A stretch of 64,000 nucleotides of DNA from the IMG/VR virus record IMGVR_UViG_3300020450_001133. The stretch is one strand, 5' to 3'. Source of the stretch: a virus (Duplodnaviria > Caudoviricetes). Position 1 is the stretch's first letter, and the number at the start of each line of letters is the position of its first letter. The notes beneath the pieces were generated by a model. It made no database searches. It was not told the origin of the DNA and saw only the letters and a list, made by a program, of their open reading frames with translations. Of the stretch, positions 45,698 to 55,524 are shown in pieces. A program made the translations under genes and the position numbers.

Positions 45698-48600
45698 TAT
45701 ACACCGGCTAACTCTCTAATCCTTTGTAATCCTGCAGGGATTAGATATACATATTCTGTTTCTTCTTCTAATATTATAACATCATAACCTATATCTTGCC
45801 AAGTTAAATTTACAGATTCTAATATGCTATTCATAAATTGATATGCCTCAGAACGCATTCCTCTGGCTACTTTTGCCGCTGTTCCTTGAATACCTACTTT
45901 CTTCTGTACAGCATTCAATGAACTAGCATAGTCTGAAACGTCTGTGCCTTGGTCTTTGTATGCACTTAATTTATCTGCAATTTTCCTTGCAATTTTTGGA
46001 TCTTTAGTTTGCGCCAGTGCGGCTAAATCATTTCTTATTAATTGATGGTCTTGTGGAGTAATTGCACCTCTTTGTGCTTTACTCTGTGCAACTGCATCTT
46101 TTCTTGCGGCAATATCATCTGCCTGTGCATCTGCCTGAGCGGCACCTTTACCACCTGTTGCTGGTTGTTGCTGAATAGGTTGTCCGGTTGCATCATCTTT
46201 GCCATCTTTGTTTGCATCTTTTTGTTGTTGTTTTAGTTTTGCTCTTCTGTCACGTTGATATTTTGCACTATCAGTATCACTTACTTGACCTTTTACTTTG
46301 CCTCCAGTCTTTTGTTTCTTAACTGGCTTTTTAGTAACATCATTCTTGCCGTCACCATCTGCATCTACTTCTGCACCAGTTTTATCATCAACACCGTCTT
46401 TGTTTTTATCAACTGGTGGTGTTTGTGGTCCTTTTGGAGGAGTTGTTCCGCCTTGTGGTCCTTTTGGAGGAGTTGTTCCGCCTTGTGGTCCTTTTGGAGG
46501 AGTTGTTCCGCCTTGTGGTCCTTTTGGAGGTGTAGGTGTTTGAGTTGTACCACCTGGTGTTGTACCACCTGGCTGTTTCTTTCCATCATCACCTTTAAGT
46601 CCAGCACCTAATCCGCCTATTGCCTGACCAGCCATTTTAAATGCTCCGCCAAGTGCTCTGCCCGCCAATGCACCTGTTACTGCGGCACCTTTTTGTAACA
46701 TGCCTGCGTTAGGATCATTTCTTGTTGCTGTTGCTAACCCGCCGCCTACTGCTTGTTTTATTCCTTGTCCTATTTTAGAAACTATACCTTGTTTCTTGCC
46801 TGTTGCTGGATCTATCTTTGGATCTTGTCCAGTTGGGTTTGCTTGTGTCTGTTTTATTCTTTTTGCTTGTAAACTATCTGGAGCAAGTGGATCTGCACCT
46901 GCTATAGGTTTTCCACCTTTATCAGTTTGTATTAAATTACCTGTTTCAGGATCTGTTTTATAGAAAGTATCATTAACAGGGTCTCTAACTACACCTGCAG
47001 TTTTCTTCGGATCACCGCCATCTATGTTTGGATTTTTTGGATCAGGAATTGTTTCGCCACCTTGTTGTCCGCCTGTAGCACCACCTTTTGGTTGTTGTCC
47101 ACCTTGTGGTTGTTGTCCGCCTTGTGGTTGTTCTCCTGGTTTAGGTTCTTCTCCTGGTTGTGGCTGTGTTCCTGGTTTAGGTTCTTCACCACCTTCTGGA
47201 GGTGTTTCGCCACCTGGTCCTTTTGGAGGAGTATCTCCTCCTTCTGGAGGAGTAGGTTCATCATCTGGTGTTTCTTCTGGTGCTTGTGCTTCTACACCTG
47301 CTCCTTTAAATGCGGCATCAACTTCACTTTTTGTTGCACCTGAATTTTTAATTAAGAATTTACCAACTTCATCTGAATCTGTTGGTGAACCTGCACCTTC
47401 ATAATCTGTTTGTAGTTTAGCAGGATCTATTGCACCCTGCATACCAACTGCTTGTTGTATTTTGTTTAAGAATCCTTTTACTGGAGCACTATTTAAAACA
47501 GGTTTAATTAAAACGTTCATAGCACCACCGGCTACTGCTTTTGCTCCTTTGCCCACAGCCGCTGTTGCTTTGTTATATGCTGAACCAACTTTTTTGGCTA
47601 TACCGGCTAAGCCTCCGCCTTTTGCTGGTTGGTCACCTGGTGCTTCTTTGATTGTTTGTTCTATATTTTCTATTAATCTATGTTCTTGTAAATGATTTAA
47701 TCCTTCAATTACAATAGTATTTTCTTTTACCCAACGGTTATACCATTCTAACATGGCAAATACTGCCACTTGTTCGCCTACTTGTTCTACTAGGTCATCA
47801 AAATCTTTACCAATTTCTTCTGATAAGACGTTTTTCCATTCTGGATGTACATATCCCATCTCCAGATCCATTCTGTCTCTAGAGGCCTTTATTCTATCAG
47901 CCGCAGTCGCATTTGGATCTACAGGAACAATGTCATCGCCAAATGCATCTTTTGTAGGATCGTCATCATCAAACCAGTCTGTATCATCTGCACCACCCAT
48001 TTCTGCTTCAATTTCTGCCTTTGTAGCCGCAAAAGCCGATTCGCCATTGCCATAATCTGTTGGTTCAGGTGGACCATCGGGCCACATTTCGTAATCCCAA
48101 TCTTCTCCATTACTGTCCATCCAATTTTTTAAATTGTCACGAAATGCATCTAATTTTACTGTGTTAGCGGCGGATTCGGCATTGAATTTATTAAATGTAT
48201 CTATTTTTGGAAACTTTTCTTTGACAAAATCTGCGGAATCCATTTGAATGGCTCCTTCAACAGATCCTGGATTTGCTCTTGCATCGTCCATCATCTGTTT
48301 TAATTTAGGGCCTATTGTGGCTTCTGCTTTAATAGGTAATTCTTTTTCTGCCGCAACTAAATCATCACCTTGTTGTTTTAATGTCGCTTCTATTTCTGCA
48401 GGAGTGTCATCTGGTGAAACTGCTACTTCTTTAGGAGCATTTGCTTCGTATTTTGTTATAGCCTCTTGTGCCTGTTTTTCTACTTCAGGAGTTATAGGTG
48501 CAACTTCCTGTGGTGCATTTGGATCTTCTGCTGGTGGTTCACCAACTTCTTGTGGTGCATTTGGATCTTCTGCAGGTACTTCGCCTACTTCACTTGCTCC

Positions 48601-50094
48601 ACCAAAATCATTATTAGTAGGGCTTTCACTTCTAAGACCTAAAACTTTACCATCAGGATCTTTAAGTGTTTGTGTATAACCGTCTGCAACATCTGGATCA
48701 TCGAAGTCTGCTGAAACTCTTACTTCAACTGTATTACCGTTTGGCATTTGTGTTGTATATGTACCTGGTTTTAATTCATCTAAATTTGTTACGTTTCCTT
48801 GTGCATCGAATTCTGCTGGTACTGGCATTTCAGGTGGTTGTATAACTTCTGTAGAGCCATCTGCACCTGTAACTGTTATTGTTCCGTCTGGGCTCATTAT
48901 CTGTGTGCCACCATCCGGAGTTGCTATTGCTTCACCTGGTCCTAATGCATCTGTGGGTACACCACCTGCACCAACGCCGGCTTCTTGAGCAATTTGATTT
49001 CTAAATGCTGTTGCTTCTTCTGAGAAGTAACCATCCATGCCGCCACCATTGTCTGCAACTATGCTATTGTACTGAGCAAATTCTTCTTCAGTAAACAAAA
49101 CACCCATTGAACTACCACCATTGAAATTGGATTCGATACCGTTCATAGTTCCAACTGTATTGTTTTGTAATATTTCCTGATATTTTTCAGCATATTCAGG
49201 ACCAACATTTATTTGTTTTAAAAAGTTATTTGTTGCTTGGTCTAGTTCAGGGCCAGAAAAAAGTTCGTTTGAGAGACTTGGATCTGATTCCATGTTTGCT
49301 AAGAATTGGTCAATTTCTTCTGGAGTCATGTCAGGCATTGCGTCTTGTAATTCACTTGCTGGTAATGTCATTCCACTTTTAAAAGTGGATAAATTTTCAT
49401 CACCAGTAACTTCTACACCATCTAATATTCCATCTAATGCCGCACCAGCCAGACCTGCAAGAGCACCTTTGGCTAATCCACTAGCCGCCGCTTTTCCAAC
49501 ATCTGCAACTGTTCCGCCAGCCGCCGCCTTAATAGCACTATCTACAACTGTTCTGAATATTGCCGCACTTCCTATAACACCTAACAATGCTGGGCCACCA
49601 ACTCCTGCGGCACCCATACCAATTGTTATAACTGTTAAAATTAATCCTTTAAATGCCGCAACGTCTTGGTCATTTTCTATTGCTTGAGCACCTTTTTCAA
49701 TTTGCCCTACAATAGCACTTGCTTTAGAACCTGCTGGTTCTGGTAAACCTGCAACCATCTTTTTAATACCATTAATAGGTACTGCATTACCAACTTTAGA
49801 TAGTAAGCCTTTTAGTTTAGGATTTCCTGTAATTTTAGCAAATAAAGGTGTTAATTGTGTTTGAACTTTCTTTGCAATTTTTTGAGTATCTCCACCTTCG
49901 CCTCTATTGGCAACCATTTGTTGAAATACTGTTTGAATTTGTGCTGGTTGTAAAGGAGCCTCATCCAATCTTTGCATTTCTGCAATAATTGTATTAAGGT
50001 CATCTCTAACTTCACGTGGAAGTGTTTGCCATGCTTCATTGATAGCAATACTTTCTGTGATTAAATTTATGTCGTTACGAATTTGAATGGACAT
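45697..50094 (-). CDS. 1465-aa low-complexity protein with hydrophobic Gly/Ala segments and Pro/Gly repeats
   Basis: Hydrophobic GLILTVITIGMGAAGVGGPALLGVIG, glycine zippers, PPKGPQGGTT repeats; ends RIRELAGV. Confidence 0.7.
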   Translation of the reverse strand: MSIQIRNDINLITESIAINEAWQTLPREVRDDLNTIIAEMQRLDEAPLQPAQIQTVFQQMVANRGEGGDTQKIAKKVQTQLTPLFAKITGNPKLKGLLSKVGNAVPINGIKKMVAGLPEPAGSKASAIVGQIEKGAQAIENDQDVAAFKGLILTVITIGMGAAGVGGPALLGVIGSAAIFRTVVDSAIKAAAGGTVADVGKAAASGLAKGALAGLAGAALDGILDGVEVTGDENLSTFKSGMTLPASELQDAMPDMTPEEIDQFLANMESDPSLSNELFSGPELDQATNNFLKQINVGPEYAEKYQEILQNNTVGTMNGIESNFNGGSSMGVLFTEEEFAQYNSIVADNGGGMDGYFSEEATAFRNQIAQEAGVGAGGVPTDALGPGEAIATPDGGTQIMSPDGTITVTGADGSTEVIQPPEMPVPAEFDAQGNVTNLDELKPGTYTTQMPNGNTVEVRVSADFDDPDVADGYTQTLKDPDGKVLGLRSESPTNNDFGGASEVGEVPAEDPNAPQEVGEPPAEDPNAPQEVAPITPEVEKQAQEAITKYEANAPKEVAVSPDDTPAEIEATLKQQGDDLVAAEKELPIKAEATIGPKLKQMMDDARANPGSVEGAIQMDSADFVKEKFPKIDTFNKFNAESAANTVKLDAFRDNLKNWMDSNGEDWDYEMWPDGPPEPTDYGNGESAFAATKAEIEAEMGGADDTDWFDDDDPTKDAFGDDIVPVDPNATAADRIKASRDRMDLEMGYVHPEWKNVLSEEIGKDFDDLVEQVGEQVAVFAMLEWYNRWVKENTIVIEGLNHLQEHRLIENIEQTIKEAPGDQPAKGGGLAGIAKKVGSAYNKATAAVGKGAKAVAGGAMNVLIKPVLNSAPVKGFLNKIQQAVGMQGAIDPAKLQTDYEGAGSPTDSDEVGKFLIKNSGATKSEVDAAFKGAGVEAQAPEETPDDEPTPPEGGDTPPKGPGGETPPEGGEEPKPGTQPQPGEEPKPGEQPQGGQQPQGGQQPKGGATGGQQGGETIPDPKNPNIDGGDPKKTAGVVRDPVNDTFYKTDPETGNLIQTDKGGKPIAGADPLAPDSLQAKRIKQTQANPTGQDPKIDPATGKKQGIVSKIGQGIKQAVGGGLATATRNDPNAGMLQKGAAVTGALAGRALGGAFKMAGQAIGGLGAGLKGDDGKKQPGGTTPGGTTQTPTPPKGPQGGTTPPKGPQGGTTPPKGPQGGTTPPKGPQTPPVDKNKDGVDDKTGAEVDADGDGKNDVTKKPVKKQKTGGKVKGQVSDTDSAKYQRDRRAKLKQQQKDANKDGKDDATGQPIQQQPATGGKGAAQADAQADDIAARKDAVAQSKAQRGAITPQDHQLIRNDLAALAQTKDPKIARKIADKLSAYKDQGTDVSDYASSLNAVQKKVGIQGTAAKVARGMRSEAYQFMNSILESVNLTWQDIGYDVIILEEETEYVYLIPAGLQRIRELAGV
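46423..46530. repeat. Perfect coding tandem repeat, 30-bp unit x3.6
   Basis: TTGTGGTCCTTTTGGAGGAGTTGTTCCGCC repeated with no spacers; encodes PPKGPQGGTT. Confidence 0.95.
48501..48575. repeat. Coding tandem duplication, 42-bp period
   Basis: Encodes PAEDPNAPQEV twice. Confidence 0.8.
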
Positions 50095-50347
50095 CGTGGC
50101 TCTCTTTTATAACTTTTTTTATGCCACGTGAGAATTTTTTAGAATCACCGCTTTTAAGACTGTTTATCATTCTACGTTCTAAGTCTAATGCAGTAGATTC
50201 ATCATACGTTTCTCTTAGAATTTTCTTAACATTTTCAACACCACTAACCAAATGTTCTACTCTATTTTCAAGTACATGATGTTTATTTCTATCAACACTG
50301 ATAGAGTTAAGTTCTTCTAAAATTGTTCTAGTTTTACCTTGTGACAT
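50075..50347 (-). CDS. Hypothetical phage protein downstream of the helicase
   Basis: 90-aa helical ORF with an upstream ATAAATA motif and SD. Confidence 0.65.
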   Translation of the reverse strand: MSQGKTRTILEELNSISVDRNKHHVLENRVEHLVSGVENVKKILRETYDESTALDLERRMINSLKSGDSKKFSRGIKKVIKESHDVHSNS

Positions 50348-50380
50348 ATAATTTTATTTCCTATTAAGCATATTTATCAT

Positions 50381-51763
50381 TTATATGTCATTTTTCTTCA
50401 TAAACTCACGCATGTTTAAAGCAGTATTGATTGTGCTCTTGTTATCATCGTCTTCTGCTTTAATACTGTTACCTCTTTTTAGTTGGTCTATTAGGTTAGA
50501 AGATTGCATTGTCATTGCTTCTTCCTCATCTTCATCTAAGTCTTCTACTCTCAATGTATCAGGATTAAACTTCAAGTCTACTTTACTGCCAACACCACTA
50601 CTAGAACGTGTTTTCATAAACTGTATTTGATATCTACCACGTTCTCTCATAGCATTACTGGTAAATATGCCCACAACATTGTCAGCAGTTTGTATTTTAC
50701 TAATACCACCTGCAATATGGTGGTGGTCAAATTCTATTTCTTCTACTGCACCTCTGTTCAACTGCGATGCAGTTACAAACAATGTGCCTGTTTCCATTGC
50801 TAAATTACGCAATTCTTCGGACACATACTTGTCTTTAATAAACAAATCACCTGGACTTACTCTTGCACTAATAGGACTCATTAAATCCAAGTAGTCTACA
50901 AGTATTGCATCTACTTTAACTTCTGTGTTTATTTCATATTCTCTAACAAATGCCCTTATATCGTTAGCAGTTACACCACTAGCCATTTGTTTTACCCTAA
51001 ACTTACCAGCACCTTTACCTTTCATACGCACTTTTAAGTCCACATCATCCATGTTTCTCATAATCTCTTTTGTGCTATATTCACTAACCATAGCATCAAG
51101 ACGCATACTAATTAATTGTTCACTTAATTCTAAACTAATATAAACTACATTAAGTCCTGCTAAACTCCAGTTCACACCTAAGTTTTGTAAGAATAAACTT
51201 TTACCTGCACCACTACCACCAGCAAAGATTGTAATCTCTCCTCTGTTTAGTCCACCATACAGTTTTTGGTCAAACTTTTTCCAACCTGTGCTTACTGCAC
51301 CTGCTTGACTCTTAATGTATTGTAATCTTTCTTTTGGATTTTCAAAATACTCTAGTCCTAAGTCTTTGACTAAACTTACTTGACTTGCATCTTTAATTTT
51401 ATTTTCAACTGCACCATAATCTGCTTTTTCTAACAAGTCTGTGCTATCAAGTATTGCCTTTTCCAATGCTTTGTGTCTACAAAATCTTTCAAAACTATCT
51501 AAAAACCATTCTGTATGATTTTCAGTTATGCCTTCAATACGTTCTAGTTCAACACCTGTTGTTGCAGTTATTTGGTCAATAGTAGGAATACTGCTATACT
51601 CAGTACTATGTTGTTTTAAAAATGTAACTGTGTCTTGATATTTTCTATTAAACATGTAAGGTTCAACAATATTGTTTACCCTAACAAACAGTTCAGGGTC
51701 AGAAACAAGAAACTTCAAGAACATTTCTTGTATTTCTTCTGTGTATTCTGTAATATTATCCAT
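50381..51763 (-). CDS. dnaB: Replicative DNA helicase (DnaB/T4 gp41-like)
   Basis: Walker A GGSGAGKS, SLELSE, VDYLDL, TASQLNR, KTRSS. Confidence 0.93.
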   Translation of the reverse strand: MDNITEYTEEIQEMFLKFLVSDPELFVRVNNIVEPYMFNRKYQDTVTFLKQHSTEYSSIPTIDQITATTGVELERIEGITENHTEWFLDSFERFCRHKALEKAILDSTDLLEKADYGAVENKIKDASQVSLVKDLGLEYFENPKERLQYIKSQAGAVSTGWKKFDQKLYGGLNRGEITIFAGGSGAGKSLFLQNLGVNWSLAGLNVVYISLELSEQLISMRLDAMVSEYSTKEIMRNMDDVDLKVRMKGKGAGKFRVKQMASGVTANDIRAFVREYEINTEVKVDAILVDYLDLMSPISARVSPGDLFIKDKYVSEELRNLAMETGTLFVTASQLNRGAVEEIEFDHHHIAGGISKIQTADNVVGIFTSNAMRERGRYQIQFMKTRSSSGVGSKVDLKFNPDTLRVEDLDEDEEEAMTMQSSNLIDQLKRGNSIKAEDDDNKSTINTALNMREFMKKNDI

Positions 51764-51768
51764 GCTTA

Positions 51769-52629
51769 CTAATTATCCTCTAATAATTCTCTGTTTACAA
51801 TTTCTTTGTACAGTTCTGTTGCAATACGTTTATGTCCTTTATCGTTTGGGTGCATATCATCTGCACTAACAACATTTCCTGCCATCATGGCACTGAATGG
51901 GTACATAGTCCATCTTTTTCTGTCTATCATATCTCTTAATTGTATTAAAAATGTATTTGGTTTTGTGTTTAATACATTCCACACATGGTCAATACCTCCT
52001 GTAGGTCTTCCCATATGACATATACTAGACATTGATGAAAACAAATATGGTATATTTTTATTACTTAAAAAGTTTTGTATTAACAAAATGTCTTTACAAT
52101 AATTAACCATAGTTTGATGATGATTCATCAAATATGCTTGATACATCTGCGATGCTACTTTAATATTTTTATAATATTCTGTTTGATAACCAAATTTTTC
52201 TGTAATAGTTTTATCGCCATGAGCTTCTCTGGCTTCATGTGGTATCCATACAAGTGGGTGACCAAATTCATCTAATGCCGTGTCTTGTGTTCTTGCTTGG
52301 GCATCATTAACTGAATTTGTAGGTACAAGTCCAAAATACTGACTCCAGTCATCATTCCAAAATTCATATCTAAATGGTGATGTCCATTGTATAACAACTA
52401 AGTCTGGATTATGTTTTCTAACACCTTCTATTGTGGTTCTTGCTATTCTATTGTTACTGCCTCCGCCAAAGCCATAATTAATTGTTTCAATTTTTCCATC
52501 AAAAAGTTCTTCTAGCCTAAAGGGCCAAACATATGGTTGAGGTGGATTAGTTTCTCCTGTGAGGTAATTTTGTACCTCACCGTGTCCATGTGTAAAACTA
52601 CATCCATTTACTAAAACTTTTTTAGTCAT
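51769..52629 (-). CDS. SGNH/GDSL-like hypothetical protein
   Basis: LVNGCSFTHG, GGSNNRIART, DDMHPNDKGH (DxxH). Confidence 0.65.
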   Translation of the reverse strand: MTKKVLVNGCSFTHGHGEVQNYLTGETNPPQPYVWPFRLEELFDGKIETINYGFGGGSNNRIARTTIEGVRKHNPDLVVIQWTSPFRYEFWNDDWSQYFGLVPTNSVNDAQARTQDTALDEFGHPLVWIPHEAREAHGDKTITEKFGYQTEYYKNIKVASQMYQAYLMNHHQTMVNYCKDILLIQNFLSNKNIPYLFSSMSSICHMGRPTGGIDHVWNVLNTKPNTFLIQLRDMIDRKRWTMYPFSAMMAGNVVSADDMHPNDKGHKRIATELYKEIVNRELLEDN

Positions 52630-53603
52630 AACATTTTTGCCTTAACTTGATTCTTTATTTTATTATCACTTGCAAATTTAACAATACTTGCAAGTGTCAG
52701 TAACTTACCATATTTATTCACTGCATCAGCGGCATCTTTACATTCATTGCTCCAAGGTGGAAAACTTATTTCCCAGCCTAATTCTATTGCTTGGTCAATT
52801 AAGTCTTTACCAGCACTATCTCTATCAGGACATAATATAACACGTTTGTTAAGTTTGTCTATTAGATGTGCTTGTTCTGGTGTAACACCATTTCCTAAAA
52901 CACTTATACCATCTATAAGTATTGCATCAAATACACCTTCAACTACAACAACGAAATCTCTGTCGTTGTCTACAAATTTGTCTATGTTAAACACATAACC
53001 ACTTTGCATATTTAACAAATATTTTGCAGTTTCTTTGTTAGGTGGATTTATATGTCTGCCTGTCCAACCAACAAGTTCATTGTTATATAAAAACGGAACA
53101 ACCAATCTTGCATTGTACATACTATTATTAATATGCAATAGAGGGTAGTTGCCAAACAATCCACGTTCAATTGCATACTGTTTAACTTTGTGGTCGTCGG
53201 GTAAATTATCTACAAATTGTGTGTCCTCTGGCAAATCAACTTTTTTAAAGTTTGCCGCACTATACACATAATCATCTGTTTCACTTCTGTCTAATGCATC
53301 ACCATGTTTCATCAGATTCAAGACAACTTTGTGTATATCACTAGTGGATACACCCAACGACTCTACAAGTTTTTTGTATTTGCCGCCTAGTTTAGGGGAC
53401 GGTGCCCAGCCTGTTGTATAACCGCAATTAAAACAATGATAACTTATTTTAGAATTGCTTTGTATTACACCACCACGTTTTCTTTTATCACTACATACTG
53501 GACAATTAAATGTAGTCCAGCCACTAGGAGTTTTGCCTGCATTGATAGGCAAATTGTCCATTAGTAATCTGTGTACTTCGTCAACTAGTTCATGATGATG
53601 CAT
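52626..53603 (-). CDS. DNA primase (T4 gp61-like)
   Basis: Zinc finger CPVC..HCFNC; TOPRIM motifs VVEGVFDA and PDRD. Confidence 0.9.
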   Translation of the reverse strand: MHHHELVDEVHRLLMDNLPINAGKTPSGWTTFNCPVCSDKRKRGGVIQSNSKISYHCFNCGYTTGWAPSPKLGGKYKKLVESLGVSTSDIHKVVLNLMKHGDALDRSETDDYVYSAANFKKVDLPEDTQFVDNLPDDHKVKQYAIERGLFGNYPLLHINNSMYNARLVVPFLYNNELVGWTGRHINPPNKETAKYLLNMQSGYVFNIDKFVDNDRDFVVVVEGVFDAILIDGISVLGNGVTPEQAHLIDKLNKRVILCPDRDSAGKDLIDQAIELGWEISFPPWSNECKDAADAVNKYGKLLTLASIVKFASDNKIKNQVKAKML

Positions 53604-53611
53604 AACAACTA

Positions 53612-53640
53612 ATTATAACATCCTAATGAAATAAAGTCAA
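53612..53640 (-). promoter_or_regulatory. sigma70-type promoter for primase, near-leaderless
   Basis: TTGACT-N17-TATAAT, 8 nt before the ATG. Confidence 0.7.
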
Positions 53641-54453
53641 CTAGTTTCTTAATAAAACTTTGTCTAAAGTACCAGCAGAATTATCCTCATATTTTACTCT
53701 AATCCAATTAGTGTTAATAGTAAAATTAAAAGGATCTATGCCTGTAAAGGTTGTGAAAGGTAATTTAGATTCTGCACCATCTCCAGAAGGATTAATATCA
53801 TACCAATCACTTGGTTGTGTTGGTGTACTTTCCAATGCACTACCTTGTATTGTGACATTACCTGTAAAGCCTGTCATGTAAAATGCAATAGTGTGTCTAC
53901 TATGTCTAAAATTCTTATCTTGATTTCCATACATAGCACTACTTACATATACATTAGAACCTTCTTCTGTAAATGATACCTGACTTTGTGAAGCAACTGG
54001 TTCATGTTCCAAACTGCTTTTTACTTCTAGGTCTGTTATAATTCTGTCGTTCTGATTTGCATACAATGGGAACATAGTTACACCGCTATCAGAACTTTCT
54101 GTTACTGCTAATTGATAAATTCCAGGTTCTAAATCGCTAAGGTCACCAGGTACAAGACTCAATTTTGCTTCACCTGTTGTACCACTACTAACTAATGTTA
54201 ATGGTTTGTACATTACCCTTCTTCTAGTATTAGGATTTAACACACTAGCATATAATGTTTTATTACTGATATTTTGTAATGCTCTATCTCTATTTCGCAC
54301 AAAAAAGTTCAATTGATTGTCAAAACCTTTGTGTACTACTAATCTTTGTTGATTCATAGGTCTATTATCCACTTTTATTCCATCCGCAGTCAAAACCAAG
54401 TCTACGGACTGGTAATTTAATATATATAATGTTTTACTACTTGCATACGACAT
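53641..54453 (-). CDS. Probable structural protein (beta-rich)
   Basis: Ig/baseplate-like strand pattern; no firm family assignment. Confidence 0.45.
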   Translation of the reverse strand: MSYASSKTLYILNYQSVDLVLTADGIKVDNRPMNQQRLVVHKGFDNQLNFFVRNRDRALQNISNKTLYASVLNPNTRRRVMYKPLTLVSSGTTGEAKLSLVPGDLSDLEPGIYQLAVTESSDSGVTMFPLYANQNDRIITDLEVKSSLEHEPVASQSQVSFTEEGSNVYVSSAMYGNQDKNFRHSRHTIAFYMTGFTGNVTIQGSALESTPTQPSDWYDINPSGDGAESKLPFTTFTGIDPFNFTINTNWIRVKYEDNSAGTLDKVLLRN

Positions 54454-54507
54454 AAATTAATACCATCTTTGTCTAGTATTTATCATATGTGTTTATAAAT
54501 ATCTTAG

Positions 54508-54879
54508 ATGACTAAACATGAAGAACTACAAGAAAAGTTTCCTTTCCTCACAGGTATAGAATTTTCACAAGAAGAATTTGTAGGTATAGTACAAAATAAA
54601 GACGCACAAATATTAAGTTTTTACGATATAGAGAAGTGTAGAAACGATGAGGAAAAGAAAGTATTATTAGAATTAGGTGATTTATGGTGGTGGGAAAGTA
54701 ACAGATTATTACCCATAGATGTTTTTTTATTTCAAGAAATGCAAGAATTTAGACATTGTTTAAGAACTTTTGTACTAAAAGAGACTGAAGTATTGTTTGG
54801 TCCTGTAACAAGTATGCAAAACATACTTAAGAAAAGAATAAAAAGAAGAACAGTACAACTAGTTAAAAAAATAGATTAA
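54508..54879 (+). CDS. Hypothetical phage protein
   Basis: KFPFLTG..WWWESNR; ATAAATA-N6-ATG; isolated plus-strand gene. Confidence 0.7.
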   Translation: MTKHEELQEKFPFLTGIEFSQEEFVGIVQNKDAQILSFYDIEKCRNDEEKKVLLELGDLWWWESNRLLPIDVFLFQEMQEFRHCLRTFVLKETEVLFGPVTSMQNILKKRIKRRTVQLVKKID

Positions 54880-55445
54880 CCTAATTTTTCAACCATTAAA
54901 TTTAATTGAACACAAATTGCAGTAGCATAGCCAATAGCATGACTGCGTTTAAAGAAGTAATCATCTGTTTTTGTCCAAACATCTTTTTCTACTTCCTCCC
55001 AACTCTTTCCAACCAAATATCTTTTACCTGGTCTAATCATTGCTAATATCATTGCTAACTGTTCTACACTTGTAGGCTTGTATTGTTTAACAATATCATA
55101 ATGATTGTTTATATGGAATAGTTTTTCTACTACTTCTTTGTGTTCAAATAGTTCCCATAAAGGTTCTGTTGCTAACAGTTTATCAAGATGTGTTTCATTT
55201 TTGATACCTTCATATATGTGATTATTTAGAAAGTCAACTTTAAAATAACCCATCTCTTCTGCTTCTTTATGGTCTATTGTGCTGTATCCTTCAATTGGAA
55301 AACTTGGAATAGGTTGAAAGTAGACACCAGTATTGTGTTTATCAAACACATCTTCTTTTTTAATACTCGCAGGTATATGCTCAACAAGTTCTAAAAACTT
55401 GTTTCTGTCTGCCATATCTATGTCTACGTCAAAATTAATCTTCAT
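54876..55445 (-). CDS. Minimal DNA polymerase III alpha (DnaE, C-family)-like protein
   Basis: DVDID, HNTGV, GYFKVDFLN, LAMIRPG, FKRSHAIGYA correspond to DnaE PDIDID, HAGGV, KFDFLG, ALYRPG, FNKSHSAAYA. Confidence 0.8.
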   Translation of the reverse strand: MKINFDVDIDMADRNKFLELVEHIPASIKKEDVFDKHNTGVYFQPIPSFPIEGYSTIDHKEAEEMGYFKVDFLNNHIYEGIKNETHLDKLLATEPLWELFEHKEVVEKLFHINNHYDIVKQYKPTSVEQLAMILAMIRPGKRYLVGKSWEEVEKDVWTKTDDYFFKRSHAIGYATAICVQLNLMVEKLG

Positions 55446-55475
55446 TTTTTTAATAGTATTCTAATACAGGTAATT

Positions 55476-55504
55476 ATTATACCTCCAAATACAAACCATG
55501 TCAA
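55476..55504 (-). promoter_or_regulatory. Consensus sigma70-type promoter of the mini-DnaE gene
   Basis: TTGACA-N17-TATAAT. Confidence 0.8.
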
Positions 55505-55524
55505 GAAGTTATACCACCATTCAG

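Noticed and set aside
46423-46530. Direct repeats as a possible CRISPR array
   Set aside because: Units are contiguous with no unique spacers, are in-frame multiples of 3 inside a CDS, and there are no cas genes.
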